Notes under the pieces: model-generated
Databases searched by the model: none
Told to the model about the DNA's origin: nothing
The model's input: only the letters and a program-made list of their open reading frames with translations
Shown here: one piece after another, positions 16,895-27,438 of the stretch
How positions within the stretch are numbered: position 1 is the stretch's first letter
How the letters are laid out: every line of letters begins with the position of its first letter
Assembly: GCA_033763455.1 (NCBI GenBank)
Contig: JANRKO010000041.1
Span: 1-46,951 of the forward strand
DNA length: 46,951 nt
Direction of reading: 5' to 3'
From: Polyangiaceae bacterium
Lineage (GTDB): Bacteria; Myxococcota_A; Polyangia; Polyangiales; Polyangiaceae
Position numbers and translations under genes: made by a program

Positions 16895-18892
16895 ATGTGC
16901 GGAATCGCCGGTTTTATCAGCTCGCAGCCAGCGCTCGCGTGGCCGGAAACCTTAAAGAAGATCACCGATAGCCTGACCCACCGCGGCCCAGATGGGAGCG
17001 GCTACTGGTTCGACGCCACGCGTGGCATCGCACTTGGCCATCGCCGCCTCGCCATCGTTGATCTGACGGAAGAAGGCGCTCAGCCAATGCGTTCCGAAAG
17101 TGGGCGCTATCAGATTTCCTACAATGGTGAAATCTACAACTTCCCGGCGTTGAAGTCCGAGCTCCAAGCTTCGGGGCATCATTTCCGCGGTCACTCGGAC
17201 ACGGAGATGTTGTTGGCTGCCATCGAACAATGGGGAGTGAAGGCCGCCGTTCAGCGGGCCGCAGGCATGTTCGGTTTCGCACTGTGGGACGAAAAGCTCG
17301 GGCTCCTTCACTTGGTGCGCGACCGGATAGGTATCAAGCCGCTCTATTACGCGCTCGTTCCGAACGGGGTTGTATTTGGATCTGAGCTCAAAGCCTTACG
17401 TGCATTTCCCGGTTTCTCGCGCCAGATCGATCGGGATGCCCTGCAGGTTTTCATGCGCCAAATGTACGTTCCAAGCCCGTACACGATCTACGAAAAGTGC
17501 TTCAAATTGCCCCCGGGCTCCATCCTCACACTGCCTTGTGATCCAGCAAAGCTAACCCACGCGCTCGCGGAGTTCTCGCCCCACGTGGGTAGCGCCAAAC
17601 GTGTGGCACCAGATGCCTATTGGTCGGCGGAACACACGTACCTCGAAGGTGAGCGCCAGCCGGATGGGCGCGACGAACGAGAAATCATCGGGGATCTGGA
17701 ACAGCTGCTCACTCAGGTAGTTGGGGAACACATGTTATCTGATGTTCCGCTTGGTGGGTTTCTGTCGGGTGGCTTCGACTCTTCACTCGTGACAGCGCTC
17801 ATGCAAGCGGGCTCAGCGCAGCCGGTGCGCACTTTCTCAATCGGCTTCGAAGAGGCGAAGTTCGATGAAGCACCACACGCCAAGGCCGTGGCAGCGCACC
17901 TCGGAACGAACCACACCGAGATGTACGTGACGGCCAAAGACGCCCTCGACGTGATCCCAAGCATACCGTTTTCTTTCGACGAGCCTTTTGCCGACCCTTC
18001 GCAGATTCCAACCTATCTGCTCTGCAAGTTAACCAGACGCCACGTTACCGTAAGCCTCTCCGGCGACGGCGGTGATGAGCTCTTCGCTGGCTACCAGCGC
18101 TACTTCGACACTCCCAAGCTCTGGAATCAACTGCGCCGTATTCCCCAGCCCATTCGCGATAGCGCCGCCTGGGCCATGAGAAAGCTCCCGGAGGAGCGCT
18201 GGAGCCAGGCGTTTGCAATGCTTCACAGGGGTTTGCCTGAGTTCCTCCGACCCCGCGCCATCGCAAGCACCGGACATCGAATTGCAGAGGTGCTTGCATC
18301 TCGGGAGCCCGACAATATTTACCGCGCACACCTGTACCAGTGGAGCGATAGCCTGGGAGTTGTGCTCGGGGCCAAGGGCTACGAGACGCCGCTAACGCGC
18401 ACTCCACGGTTAGGCCAGCTGAACTCATTGTTGAAACGCATGATGGAAACGGACGTTAATAGTTATCTTCCCGACGATATTCTTGTAAAGGTAGATCGCG
18501 CCAGCATGGCGGTTAGCCTAGAAGCGCGTGTGCCTTTGCTCGACCACCGTATCGTGGAATTCGCTGCGCGCTTGCCCGAAGCGACACTTGTGAGCCAGGG
18601 CCATGGCAAACATCCGCTGCGGGAGATCCTCTACCGATACGTTCCGAAATCGCTCATGGAGCGACCCAAGATGGGCTTTGGCGTCCCCTTGGCGACCTGG
18701 CTGCGCGGCCCGCTTTCCGAATGGGGGCGTGCGCTAACGAGCCCTGCCAAACTGCGCGCTGACGGGTACCTCGACGCAGACGTCGTAAAAAATGCCTGGG
18801 ACACCCACGCCTCGGGTGCCGGTAACCGCCACTACGCCCTCTGGAATGTCCTAATGTTTCAGGCCTGGCTCGAACACGAGCGACAAGCGTGA
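16895..18892 (+). CDS. asnB: Asparagine synthase (glutamine-hydrolysing) family amidotransferase
   Basis: MCGIAG, HRGPD, NGEIYN, LSGGFDSS, SGDGGDELF, KVDRASMA. Confidence 0.95.
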   Translation: MCGIAGFISSQPALAWPETLKKITDSLTHRGPDGSGYWFDATRGIALGHRRLAIVDLTEEGAQPMRSESGRYQISYNGEIYNFPALKSELQASGHHFRGHSDTEMLLAAIEQWGVKAAVQRAAGMFGFALWDEKLGLLHLVRDRIGIKPLYYALVPNGVVFGSELKALRAFPGFSRQIDRDALQVFMRQMYVPSPYTIYEKCFKLPPGSILTLPCDPAKLTHALAEFSPHVGSAKRVAPDAYWSAEHTYLEGERQPDGRDEREIIGDLEQLLTQVVGEHMLSDVPLGGFLSGGFDSSLVTALMQAGSAQPVRTFSIGFEEAKFDEAPHAKAVAAHLGTNHTEMYVTAKDALDVIPSIPFSFDEPFADPSQIPTYLLCKLTRRHVTVSLSGDGGDELFAGYQRYFDTPKLWNQLRRIPQPIRDSAAWAMRKLPEERWSQAFAMLHRGLPEFLRPRAIASTGHRIAEVLASREPDNIYRAHLYQWSDSLGVVLGAKGYETPLTRTPRLGQLNSLLKRMMETDVNSYLPDDILVKVDRASMAVSLEARVPLLDHRIVEFAARLPEATLVSQGHGKHPLREILYRYVPKSLMERPKMGFGVPLATWLRGPLSEWGRALTSPAKLRADGYLDADVVKNAWDTHASGAGNRHYALWNVLMFQAWLEHERQA

Positions 18893-19860
18893 CAGCATCC
18901 GGCCCCATGACGCTGGATTTCACCGGGCTGCGCATCATGGTCACTGGCGGGGCTGGCTTTTTGGGCAAGAGCGTTGTCAAAAAGCTGGCAGATCTGGGGG
19001 CGTCACAGATTATCGTCCCCCGCTCCCGTGAGGTAGATCTCACCGACGGGCACGCCACCAAAAAGCTCTTCGCTGAGGCGCGACCAGAACTCGTATTCCA
19101 CCTAGCTGCGCAAGTGGGCGGCATCGGCGCCAACCTGGCTCACCCCGGAAGCTTCTTTCGCGACAACATGGCCATGGGCCTCAACGTGCTCGAACAAGGG
19201 CGCCTCTCTGGGGTCAAGAAGCTGGTGATAGCGGGCACCATTTGCGCTTACCCCAAGTTTGCTCCGGTACCTTTCAGCGAAGACGATCTTTGGAACGGTT
19301 ACCCCGAGGAGACGAACGCTCCGTACGGCGTCGCGAAGAAGGCGCTTCTAGTGATGGCCAATGCCTACCGCCAAGAGTTCGGCTCGAACTACGTGACCCT
19401 TTTCCCCGTGAATTTGTACGGGCCTGGAGATAACTTCAACCTCGAGTCTTCGCACGTAATCCCCGCCATGATTCGCAAATTCGCAGCGGCAAGAAGGAAC
19501 CGTGAGAGTGAAGTTGAGCTTTGGGGTGATGGCACGCCCACCCGTGAATTCCTCTATGTGGAGGATGCAGCACGCGGCCTCATTATGGCTGCCCGGAGTT
19601 ACAACAAACCCGATCCAGTGAACTTAGGAGCGGGCTTTGAAATAAGTATGAAGGACCTAGCTTACAAGATTGCGAGGCTTACGGGCTTCGACGGGACGAT
19701 TCGTTGGAACACAAGCAAGCCCAACGGGCAGCCCCGGCGCATGCTCAACACCGACCGAGCAGCGCGCGAGTTTGGCTTTAGGGCGGAGGTGGGGCTGGAT
19801 GAAGGGCTCGCCCGCACTGTCAAGTGGTTTGACGAAAACCGCGCCCACGCAAAAACCTGA
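18889..19860 (+). CDS. fcl: GDP-L-fucose synthase family protein
   Basis: TGGAGFLG, AAQVGGIGAN, YGVAK, NLYGPGDNF, SHVIPAMI, WGDGTPTREF. Confidence 0.93.
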   Translation: MTASGPMTLDFTGLRIMVTGGAGFLGKSVVKKLADLGASQIIVPRSREVDLTDGHATKKLFAEARPELVFHLAAQVGGIGANLAHPGSFFRDNMAMGLNVLEQGRLSGVKKLVIAGTICAYPKFAPVPFSEDDLWNGYPEETNAPYGVAKKALLVMANAYRQEFGSNYVTLFPVNLYGPGDNFNLESSHVIPAMIRKFAAARRNRESEVELWGDGTPTREFLYVEDAARGLIMAARSYNKPDPVNLGAGFEISMKDLAYKIARLTGFDGTIRWNTSKPNGQPRRMLNTDRAAREFGFRAEVGLDEGLARTVKWFDENRAHAKT

Positions 19861-19880
19861 CGTTGGCATCGGTATCCAAT

Positions 19881-20615
19881 ATGTCCCCCAATCCATCACA
19901 CGACGGCCTCCTCGAAGCCTCCTTCGGTAAGGCTGATCCAGATCACTTTCGCTGGCAAACTGAAGACCCCATCGTCTCCAAAGAGGAGCGTGAATTGGTC
20001 CGCAGTGCTTTTTTGCCCTTGGGCAATCGAGTGCTCGATCTTGGGTGTGCGGAAGGCGCCACCCTGGTTCATCTGGGTCGAACGAAGGATGCCGTTGGGC
20101 TCGATATCTTTGAGAATAAACTCGCGTTTGCTCGCTCACGCTTGCCAAACGTGGAGTTCGTTCTGGGGTCTGCGGACGCGCTGCCATTCCCAGATGCGAG
20201 CTTCGACCATGTTCTTATTCGCGATGTTATTCACCACATTCAAGATCCTTCGAAAGTCGTAGCGGAGTGCGCTCGCGTTCTTTCTCCAGGGGGGCGGCTC
20301 GATATCCTGGAGCCAAATGGCATAAACCCTATGATCGCAGCCCACGCCCTCTTGAACCCCGTGGAACGCCTCGAGCTGCGCTCCTCGGTGGGCTACCTGA
20401 CAAACTTGCTGGGCCCGGCCTTCAAGGTCACCAAGTTCGAGCGCTTCCAACCGATGCCGCTGCACCGGCTAGTGTTTCACCCTCGTGCACAGCGGCTAAA
20501 GGTGGGGGGGCTGCACAGAGTTTCGACAGGTGTAAAGTTTGCCGAGAGTCTCTTCGGGCGAGCGTTACCTAAGGCTTTATGGGCGTACATTCACGTACGT
20601 GCCGTGAAGGGCTAG
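19881..20615 (+). CDS. Class I SAM-dependent methyltransferase
   Basis: VLDLGCAEG, LPFPDASFD, RVLSPGG. Confidence 0.9.
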   Translation: MSPNPSHDGLLEASFGKADPDHFRWQTEDPIVSKEERELVRSAFLPLGNRVLDLGCAEGATLVHLGRTKDAVGLDIFENKLAFARSRLPNVEFVLGSADALPFPDASFDHVLIRDVIHHIQDPSKVVAECARVLSPGGRLDILEPNGINPMIAAHALLNPVERLELRSSVGYLTNLLGPAFKVTKFERFQPMPLHRLVFHPRAQRLKVGGLHRVSTGVKFAESLFGRALPKALWAYIHVRAVKG

Positions 20616-20641
20616 AGCGCGCTTGTGCCGGCTGATCGCCG

Positions 20642-22135
20642 CTACGCCCCTAGGCGCAGTTTTCGGAACCCGAACGCGCTCATCTTCAGCAACAGCCAAC
20701 CATGGGCAAACCGGCTGATCTTGGTATCCCCATACGTCCGAGCGCGGTAGCGAATCGGCAGATCCACAATCTTCAAGTTCAGGCGTGCGGCCCCAAAAAG
20801 CAGGTCAAAATCGCCGAAAGGATCAAACTCACCGAAGTAGGCTCGGTTGGCCGCGATGCGGTCATAGTCGGTCTTTCGCAGCACCTTGGTGCCACATAAG
20901 GAGTCCTTGATAGGTTGCTCCAAGAGCCATGAAAGGACCACCGAAAAGAACTTGTTCCCGAGCAGATTTAGAAAACGCATGGCCTCTCCCTCCATCGGAT
21001 AGACGAGTCGAACGCCGTTGATGAATTGGCCCTTTCCGTGAATCAGAGCGCGGTAAAACTTAGGGAGCTCTTCAGGGGGCACGGTGAGGTCGGAATCGAG
21101 AATCATTAGGATCTCATTCTCCGCCGCGGCGTAACCCTTGCGAACAGCGTCCCCTTTTCCTTTCCCGTCGCCCTGATGAATGAGCTTCAGCGTCAGTGGG
21201 CCCTTGTACTCGGCCATGCAAGCCTCGATCTCTTCCACGGTGCCGTCAGTTGAGTTGCCATCTACGAAGATGAGCTCTGTACGTCGCCCCATCACTGGTG
21301 TGCGCAGAATGGCGTCGCGAATATTCCCCTTCTCGTTCCGACAAGGGCACACCACGCTGACCGAAGACTCCGTAACAACCTTGGGCGCGCTTTCGGACGC
21401 AACAAAATACGACACCAAAGAAAGGTGCGAAAGGAGAGGCAGCTTAGCGCCCACTCGATTGAACACAGTGGAAATTAGCGGAATATTCACGGGAACGAGC
21501 ACATCCGTGCCCTGACGCACGATCTCAAAGTCAGCGAGCTGAAGGAGATTGGAGATATCTTCCATGCTTAGCCAGGATTGATCTGGCCATTTTGTCTTCA
21601 AGCCCACCAGCTCAGCCACGCGGAGAGCTGGTTCCCAAATGAAATTGTAATACGTGACGATAAGCTTTCCCCCGGGCTTAAGAACCTCTCGCAAGCTCTC
21701 AATGGTGGACTGAATATCTCCCAGCAACCCGACCACGTCTGTGAGAATAATGTAGTCAAATTTACCGGAGGGAAGCGGATCGCTTTCGACGTCCAGGTTA
21801 ACGAAGTCGATCTCCGGATGGCGCTGCCGGGCCAGGTCCGTCATGACAGACGATATGTCTATTCCCACGCCTCGCCGTGGTTGGAGGGAAGAGATGAGAT
21901 CGCCGAGGCCGCTCCCCACTTCCAAAACGTCAGAGTTTGGAACGACTAAGCTCTGCAGTAGCCGCTGGAGCTCGCGGACATAGTAGGGATAACGGTTCAG
22001 GTAGTCGGCGCGTTCGCGTGCGATCTGATCAAAGCGTGTCACCCGGCTGGGTGCTGAAGGGGCGTTGCCCGAGGGGGCGCGGGTGGAGAACCTGGAGGGA
22101 AGCTGGGTCACGGGGTACGAGTGGAGCCGCGTCAA
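20642..22135 (-). CDS. SAM methyltransferase-GT2 glycosyltransferase fusion
   Basis: N-terminal VLEVGSGLG; C-terminal VVCPCRNE, VDGNSTDGT, ILDSDL, DPFGDFDLLFGA. Confidence 0.9.
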   Translation of the reverse strand: MTRLHSYPVTQLPSRFSTRAPSGNAPSAPSRVTRFDQIARERADYLNRYPYYVRELQRLLQSLVVPNSDVLEVGSGLGDLISSLQPRRGVGIDISSVMTDLARQRHPEIDFVNLDVESDPLPSGKFDYIILTDVVGLLGDIQSTIESLREVLKPGGKLIVTYYNFIWEPALRVAELVGLKTKWPDQSWLSMEDISNLLQLADFEIVRQGTDVLVPVNIPLISTVFNRVGAKLPLLSHLSLVSYFVASESAPKVVTESSVSVVCPCRNEKGNIRDAILRTPVMGRRTELIFVDGNSTDGTVEEIEACMAEYKGPLTLKLIHQGDGKGKGDAVRKGYAAAENEILMILDSDLTVPPEELPKFYRALIHGKGQFINGVRLVYPMEGEAMRFLNLLGNKFFSVVLSWLLEQPIKDSLCGTKVLRKTDYDRIAANRAYFGEFDPFGDFDLLFGAARLNLKIVDLPIRYRARTYGDTKISRFAHGWLLLKMSAFGFRKLRLGA

Positions 22136-22212
22136 CGCTAAAAAACAACCCCAGAAGGCCTTGGAACGGCCGACCTAGCCATATGCGCCCGTTATGGGGT
22201 TTAGTCTGCGGC

Positions 22213-22869
22213 ATGCCCAGCCCCCTTCTGATCTCCCCCGAGGTCATTACTTCTGCGGTTCGCTACCTGAAGCGGAAGGACCCAACGCTCGGAAAATCGA
22301 TCCGGCAGATCGGGGCCTGTACGTTGGCTGGAAGTAAGATGCGTTCGCCCTACGAGTCCCTCGTGCGCGCGGTCGCCCATCAGCAGCTTCACGGGAAGGC
22401 CGCCGAGACAATCCTTGCTCGCTTCGTAAATCTCACTCCTGGGAAACGCTTCCCTTCGCCCGAAGAGGTGCTGGCGCTAGCTCCCGAAGCTCTACGCGGC
22501 GTCGGCTTCTCACTCGCCAAGGCCCATTCGATCCGCGACATTGCTGAAAAGACACAAAGCAAAGTCGTGCCCTCCACGCGCGTCATTTCTAAGCTTGATG
22601 ACGACGCAATCGTTGAGCGGCTCACCGAGGTACGGGGAATTGGTCGCTGGACGGTGGAAATGCTTCTGATTTTTCATCTGGGCCGTGCGGACATATTGCC
22701 CGCAGACGACTTCGGCGTTCGAGCTGGTTTTCGCGTTGTGTATGGGCTACCTGAAATGCCCAGGCCCAAAGAACTCCTCGCTCACGGAGAGCTGTGGCGC
22801 CCCTATCGCACCGTGGCTGCCTGGTACCTGTGGCGAGCCGCGGACCGCGCCAAGGCGAACTCCCCATGA
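22213..22869 (+). CDS. DNA-3-methyladenine glycosylase II (AlkA/HhH-GPD)
   Basis: HQQLHGKAA, HhH VRGIGRWTVEM, PADD, WRPYRTVAAWYLW. Start 22183 or 22213. Confidence 0.92.
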   Translation: MPSPLLISPEVITSAVRYLKRKDPTLGKSIRQIGACTLAGSKMRSPYESLVRAVAHQQLHGKAAETILARFVNLTPGKRFPSPEEVLALAPEALRGVGFSLAKAHSIRDIAEKTQSKVVPSTRVISKLDDDAIVERLTEVRGIGRWTVEMLLIFHLGRADILPADDFGVRAGFRVVYGLPEMPRPKELLAHGELWRPYRTVAAWYLWRAADRAKANSP

Positions 22870-24527
22870 CGCTCGCTGGTAGGCTCATTTTATCTACGAC
22901 GCTGCTCACGCTGCTCACCACCACGCTCTTGGCTGTTGGCGTGCGAAGCGCGTGGCGAAGCGCCGAAGAGCGACGATTCGTAGAACAATTTCAGGCCGCG
23001 ACGCGGGAGCTGCAGACCGAGCTGCGTGCCCAAACTGACGAACTGAAAGAGGCGCTCAAAGCACGCTGCCAAGCCGAACCCAGCGTAGGTAGTGCGCTCG
23101 TTGGGCTGAAAGCGGGCGATCTTGAAGAGCGTCGCTTGGGCCTGCGCGTTCAAGTGGCGGCACTCATGAAGCTGGTTCGGGCGGACGAGCTCGTGATGAT
23201 TGCCTCCAATGGCGATGTCCTTGGAGCGGGCCACGCACCCGCCCTCGTCGGCCAACGCTCCGACGAATGGCGCAAGCTCACCCTTGAGCTGAACAATCAG
23301 GGCGCCTTGCGCAAGGGCACACAACCACTTTCGATTCACGCCGCATGTTTACATCGCGATCGGGAAAACAAATCACTGTGGGTGGGCCTCTATGCCGCTC
23401 GCCATCTTGACCCGCTCCTTCAAACCGTAGCCGCTCGCTACACCCTCCGTCTGAGTATTGGAAAAGCGGAGGCCACAGCTGATAGCTTAGTGGAGTCTGC
23501 GACGGTCGATGGGCTGCTGGGGCTTCCGCTGACGGCGACCCAATCCAGGGAGCCGCTGAGGCTTGCGATGAGCGAGCTTGATGGCACCATCCTGCTTATT
23601 GCATTGGGAACATTGGCCGCCGCGTTTGGCGTCGCTTACCTTCTATCGCGTGGCATCGCGCGCCCACTGGAGGAACTCTCTCTGCAAGTCCGAGGCATGG
23701 AGGCTTCCGAGCCAAAACCTGTAGTGGCACGCGGGAGCCGCGAGTTGGTTAACCTGGCTACGACCTTCAACCAGATGCTGGCAGATCTGGCCGCTTCCAG
23801 AAAGCGCTTAGCCAAAGCCGAAAGGCTCGCAGCTCAGCGCGAAATTGCGCGTCGAGTGGCTCACGAAATTAAAAATCCGCTTTCGCCCATTCGCGCCGCG
23901 ATCGAAACGTTGCGCAGATTGAGAGCGCGCAACGACCCTCGCTTCGGAGACTACTTCGACGAGGCAACGCAGACGGTACTGGAAGAGGTGAAACGCATCT
24001 CCACCATCGTGACAGAATTCACTCAGTTCGCCCGCCTCCCGGAACCCCGCTTCACCCACCTAGATCTAGGCGCAACACTCACGCACATTCTTCTCTTGCA
24101 CCGCACCGACGATGTTACGGTGCATACAGATCTTGGAGCGAACGTCGCTGTAAGCGCGGATCGTGACCAGATGATTCAGGTGTTCACCAACCTGCTCAAG
24201 AATGCCCAGGAAGCCGCTCGTATGAACCCTACGCCCGAGATCTGGGTGACGCTTAAACGCCAGGATCGGAGCGCGATATTGAGCGTTCGCGACAATGGTC
24301 CGGGGCTTTCCCCCGAGGTAGAAGCGCGGTTGTTTGAACCATACGTCACCAGCAAACCCGACGGCACAGGCCTTGGTTTGGCGATCGCTGAGCGCATTGT
24401 GCAGGAGCATCGCGGGGACATCCTACATGTGCGTCCCGAAGGAGGCGGAGCCCAATTCGTGGTGAAAATTCCACTTGCGGATGAATCGCCGACAGCTCGG
24501 GAAGCTTCGGCCAGCACCGACCCGTAA
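22866..24527 (+). CDS. HAMP-domain sensor histidine kinase (NtrY-like)
   Basis: Two TMs, HAMP, H-box AHEIKNPL, NLLKNA, DNGPG, GTGLGL; ATGA overlap with the upstream gene. Confidence 0.92.
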   Translation: MTLAGRLILSTTLLTLLTTTLLAVGVRSAWRSAEERRFVEQFQAATRELQTELRAQTDELKEALKARCQAEPSVGSALVGLKAGDLEERRLGLRVQVAALMKLVRADELVMIASNGDVLGAGHAPALVGQRSDEWRKLTLELNNQGALRKGTQPLSIHAACLHRDRENKSLWVGLYAARHLDPLLQTVAARYTLRLSIGKAEATADSLVESATVDGLLGLPLTATQSREPLRLAMSELDGTILLIALGTLAAAFGVAYLLSRGIARPLEELSLQVRGMEASEPKPVVARGSRELVNLATTFNQMLADLAASRKRLAKAERLAAQREIARRVAHEIKNPLSPIRAAIETLRRLRARNDPRFGDYFDEATQTVLEEVKRISTIVTEFTQFARLPEPRFTHLDLGATLTHILLLHRTDDVTVHTDLGANVAVSADRDQMIQVFTNLLKNAQEAARMNPTPEIWVTLKRQDRSAILSVRDNGPGLSPEVEARLFEPYVTSKPDGTGLGLAIAERIVQEHRGDILHVRPEGGGAQFVVKIPLADESPTAREASASTDP

Positions 24528-24536
24528 GTAGCCCGT

Positions 24537-25112
24537 ATGGCTATTGGGCGTCGGATGGCGAACATGGGTTTGGTGGCGGGGTCGCTCGCTTTGGGCGCGT
24601 GCACCGTGCACGTCTATGAATACCCGGCCGCGGGTGGTGCAAGTTGGCATGCGGATGTTCAGTCCAAGTCCGCTGCGACTACGGCCTGTGGCAGTTCCCC
24701 GAACTCTTCTGCCCCGGCCGTACCCGCGACGCCCTATTGGACACGCATGACGCCCACACCCCCAGCACCCTCGACCTCCACGCCCCCGGCCGCACCAAGC
24801 CCCACTCCCGCCACTCCCACAACACCCGCCTGGACACACGTTACGTTTGCGCCTCCCGCGACTCCGGCGACTCCCGCAGTCCCTGTGGCCCCGGCTCCGA
24901 CAACGCCGTCTTGGACGCGAGGACCGCTGCCCGCCAACCTCCGGCTCGCAGCTCTCAAGAAAGCCGCAGCACAGTCCCGCCAGCCTTACCCAGGAGCGCC
25001 ACAGCCTGTGCCCGCGCTTGAGCCTCAGCGGGCCCTTTTGTGCCCAGCCAATGCTCAGCCACCGTGCGCACCCGGCTTACTGAAGCCCGCGCCGAGTCGT
25101 GCCGCGCTCTAG
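24537..25112 (+). CDS. Pro/Thr-rich putative lipoprotein
   Basis: Lipobox-like LALGAC and low-complexity repeats ending in (T)PxWT. Confidence 0.55.
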   Translation: MAIGRRMANMGLVAGSLALGACTVHVYEYPAAGGASWHADVQSKSAATTACGSSPNSSAPAVPATPYWTRMTPTPPAPSTSTPPAAPSPTPATPTTPAWTHVTFAPPATPATPAVPVAPAPTTPSWTRGPLPANLRLAALKKAAAQSRQPYPGAPQPVPALEPQRALLCPANAQPPCAPGLLKPAPSRAAL

Positions 25113-25333
25113 CTTGAGATCTAAGAACTAAGTGGGAGCGAGCAAGCTCAATCAGCGTGTGCGTGGATCTCCGCTTTCAGGGACGAAACGGCCGATCCTT
25201 CGATAGTTCCTGAGGCCTCGACGGTTTCCGACCCTCGTCCGATTGGCCGGTACTTGGTGCGGCCAGGAGGGCCTTGTAGGCTTTTCGGCCAGTCCGGTAA
25301 TTCGTTCTGGGCTTTGTGCCGTCTGGACTTCGG

Positions 25334-26941
25334 ATGAACTCGATCTCGAAACCCCACCTCATCGCTTTCGTCGCGGCCATCGTGGTGGCCGCAATCCTTG
25401 GTTCACTACCCCAATTGCCGCCGATGGGTGCTGTGTTCCTCACTGCGCTGGTATCTGCAGCGGCTATGTGGGGCGCCTCAAGCGGTGCCGGCAACTCAAT
25501 GAGAGCGGTACATGATGGTGTGCGTCGAGTTCTTGCGGATCGCGAGCCCACCATCCCAAGCAATGCCTCCGATGACGTGCGCGCACTCTTTGATGATCTG
25601 ATCGCCCTAAAGCGTGAGATAGATCTCGGCCGCAGCAACCACCAGGCACTTCAAACCCAGTTGCGCACCGCCACCCAGCAGTTGCGTAACTCCCTCGCGG
25701 ATGTCGAAGCGGGCGTGGAAGCGCAGCTCGGCGCGGCTCAACGTACAGCTGCTTTCGTGCGCGACATGGGTGCTTCTTACGAAGGCATTGCGCATCACAT
25801 CGAAGTCTTGACGGCAAGCGCCGAGGAATCAAGCTCCAGCATCTTGCAGATGACCGCCACGAACGACGAAGTCGCCGAGAATATTGGGGAACTGGCGGCA
25901 AGCGTTCGTGAAATGGTGGCCTCCATTGAAGAGATGGCTTTCAGCATCAAAGAGGTGGCCAAAAATGTTGACGCGCTCTCGCTCACCGCTGAGGAAACAA
26001 GCTCCAGCATGAACGAAATGGACGTCTCGATTGACCAAGTGCAATCGAACGCCAACGAAACCGCGCGCTTGAGCGAAGAGGTGGCCCAAGATGCCGAACG
26101 CGGCGCCGAAGCCATCCTGAAAACCATCGGTGAGATTTACCGCATCAAGGAGAGCAGCCAGGAAGCCGTGGCTGTGATCTCGAATTTGGGTTCGCGCATT
26201 GATGCCATCGGTCAAATCTTGAACGTGATCGACGAAGTTGCGGAGCAAACCAACCTCTTGGCTCTGAACGCCGCGATCATCGCCGCCCAAGCGGGCGAGC
26301 ACGGCAAAGGCTTCGCCGTGGTGGCCGATGAGATCAAAGATCTTGCCGAGCGCGCGGGCGCAAGCACGAAGGAAATTGCCGACCTTATCAAGACGATTCA
26401 GGCCGAAAGTAAGAATGCTATCTTGGCCGTGGAGCGCGGCGCTCAAAACGTGGACCGCGGCGTGGAAGTTTCGAATGAGGCCGAGCGAGCCCTGAAGAAG
26501 ATCCTTGAAAGCTCGAAGAAGAGCACGAACATGGTGCGCGCTATCGCCCGCGCAACCGTGGAGCAAGCCAAAGGTAGTAAACAGGTTACCGACGCCATCG
26601 GCCGCATCGCAGAGACAGTCCAACAGATTGCAGCTGCCACCTCCGAGCAGGCGCGCGGCTCTGAGCTCATCATGAAGAGCGGCGAGAAAATGCGCACCAT
26701 TTCGGCCCAGGTGGAGCGTTCAAGCCAAGAGCAAACTCGTGGCGGCCGCCAAATCACCCAAGCGATCGAGAACATCAACCAAATGGTCGGTCAGCTCAAC
26801 GCTAGCCAGAGCAGTCAATTCCGCGGCTCCGAGCAGGCCCTCGGCTCAGCGCAATCGATCGAAAAGCAGGTACACGAGCAATCTGCTGCCACTCGCGGGT
26901 TGATTGATATGGTCGAGAGTTTGAAGAAGGTTGCGAGCTAA
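25334..26941 (+). CDS. Methyl-accepting chemotaxis protein
   Basis: Hairpin tip [40 protein letters not shown]; two adjacent N-terminal TMs. Confidence 0.95.
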   Translation: MNSISKPHLIAFVAAIVVAAILGSLPQLPPMGAVFLTALVSAAAMWGASSGAGNSMRAVHDGVRRVLADREPTIPSNASDDVRALFDDLIALKREIDLGRSNHQALQTQLRTATQQLRNSLADVEAGVEAQLGAAQRTAAFVRDMGASYEGIAHHIEVLTASAEESSSSILQMTATNDEVAENIGELAASVREMVASIEEMAFSIKEVAKNVDALSLTAEETSSSMNEMDVSIDQVQSNANETARLSEEVAQDAERGAEAILKTIGEIYRIKESSQEAVAVISNLGSRIDAIGQILNVIDEVAEQTNLLALNAAIIAAQAGEHGKGFAVVADEIKDLAERAGASTKEIADLIKTIQAESKNAILAVERGAQNVDRGVEVSNEAERALKKILESSKKSTNMVRAIARATVEQAKGSKQVTDAIGRIAETVQQIAAATSEQARGSELIMKSGEKMRTISAQVERSSQEQTRGGRQITQAIENINQMVGQLNASQSSQFRGSEQALGSAQSIEKQVHEQSAATRGLIDMVESLKKVAS

Positions 26942-27118
26942 CCCCACCCGCAACTAACCAATCCCCCCGTCTGGACCTGACACACAGGTGTCGCTGGTGA
27001 CACCTCCAAGATTGTGTCACTGCCGCCGCAGCCGAGGGTTTTTCCCGATAACTGCCCCTTTGCAGTGGCCCACGTCAGCGAGCCCGTGGAGTGGCATACC
27101 GCGTGCATCGCACCGTGC

Positions 27119-27400
27119 ATGTCTAGCTTGCCCAACAACATTGTCTCTCAATGGAACCTCACACGCACCCAACAGGAAGTAGTGCTGCTGCTGCTTAAGG
27201 GCCTATCCAACAACGCGATCGCCTGCAGCCTGAATAGATCCGTAAAAACGGTCGAGGCACACATCACGACCATCTTTAAAAAGACTGCTTCGCCAAATCG
27301 GATTGCGTTGATGATCAAAACGCTCCCACTGCAGGCAAGCAGCAACGATAGTCGCGGAGAGCCGGCGGCTGCTCCAGTCATGCAGGCCGCGAACGGCTAA
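27119..27400 (+). CDS. Stand-alone LuxR-type HTH protein
   Basis: LTRTQQEVVLLLLKGLSNNAIACSLNRSVKTVEAHITTIFKK. Confidence 0.85.
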   Translation: MSSLPNNIVSQWNLTRTQQEVVLLLLKGLSNNAIACSLNRSVKTVEAHITTIFKKTASPNRIALMIKTLPLQASSNDSRGEPAAAPVMQAANG

Positions 27401-27438
27401 CTCCCGCGCGTTCAGTAGAACGCCCGATATGGACCTCC

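Noticed and set aside
25464..26778. Long antisense ORFs over the MCP and other genes (also 28838-29665)
   Set aside because: Shadow ORFs expected in GC-rich coding DNA; no motifs.
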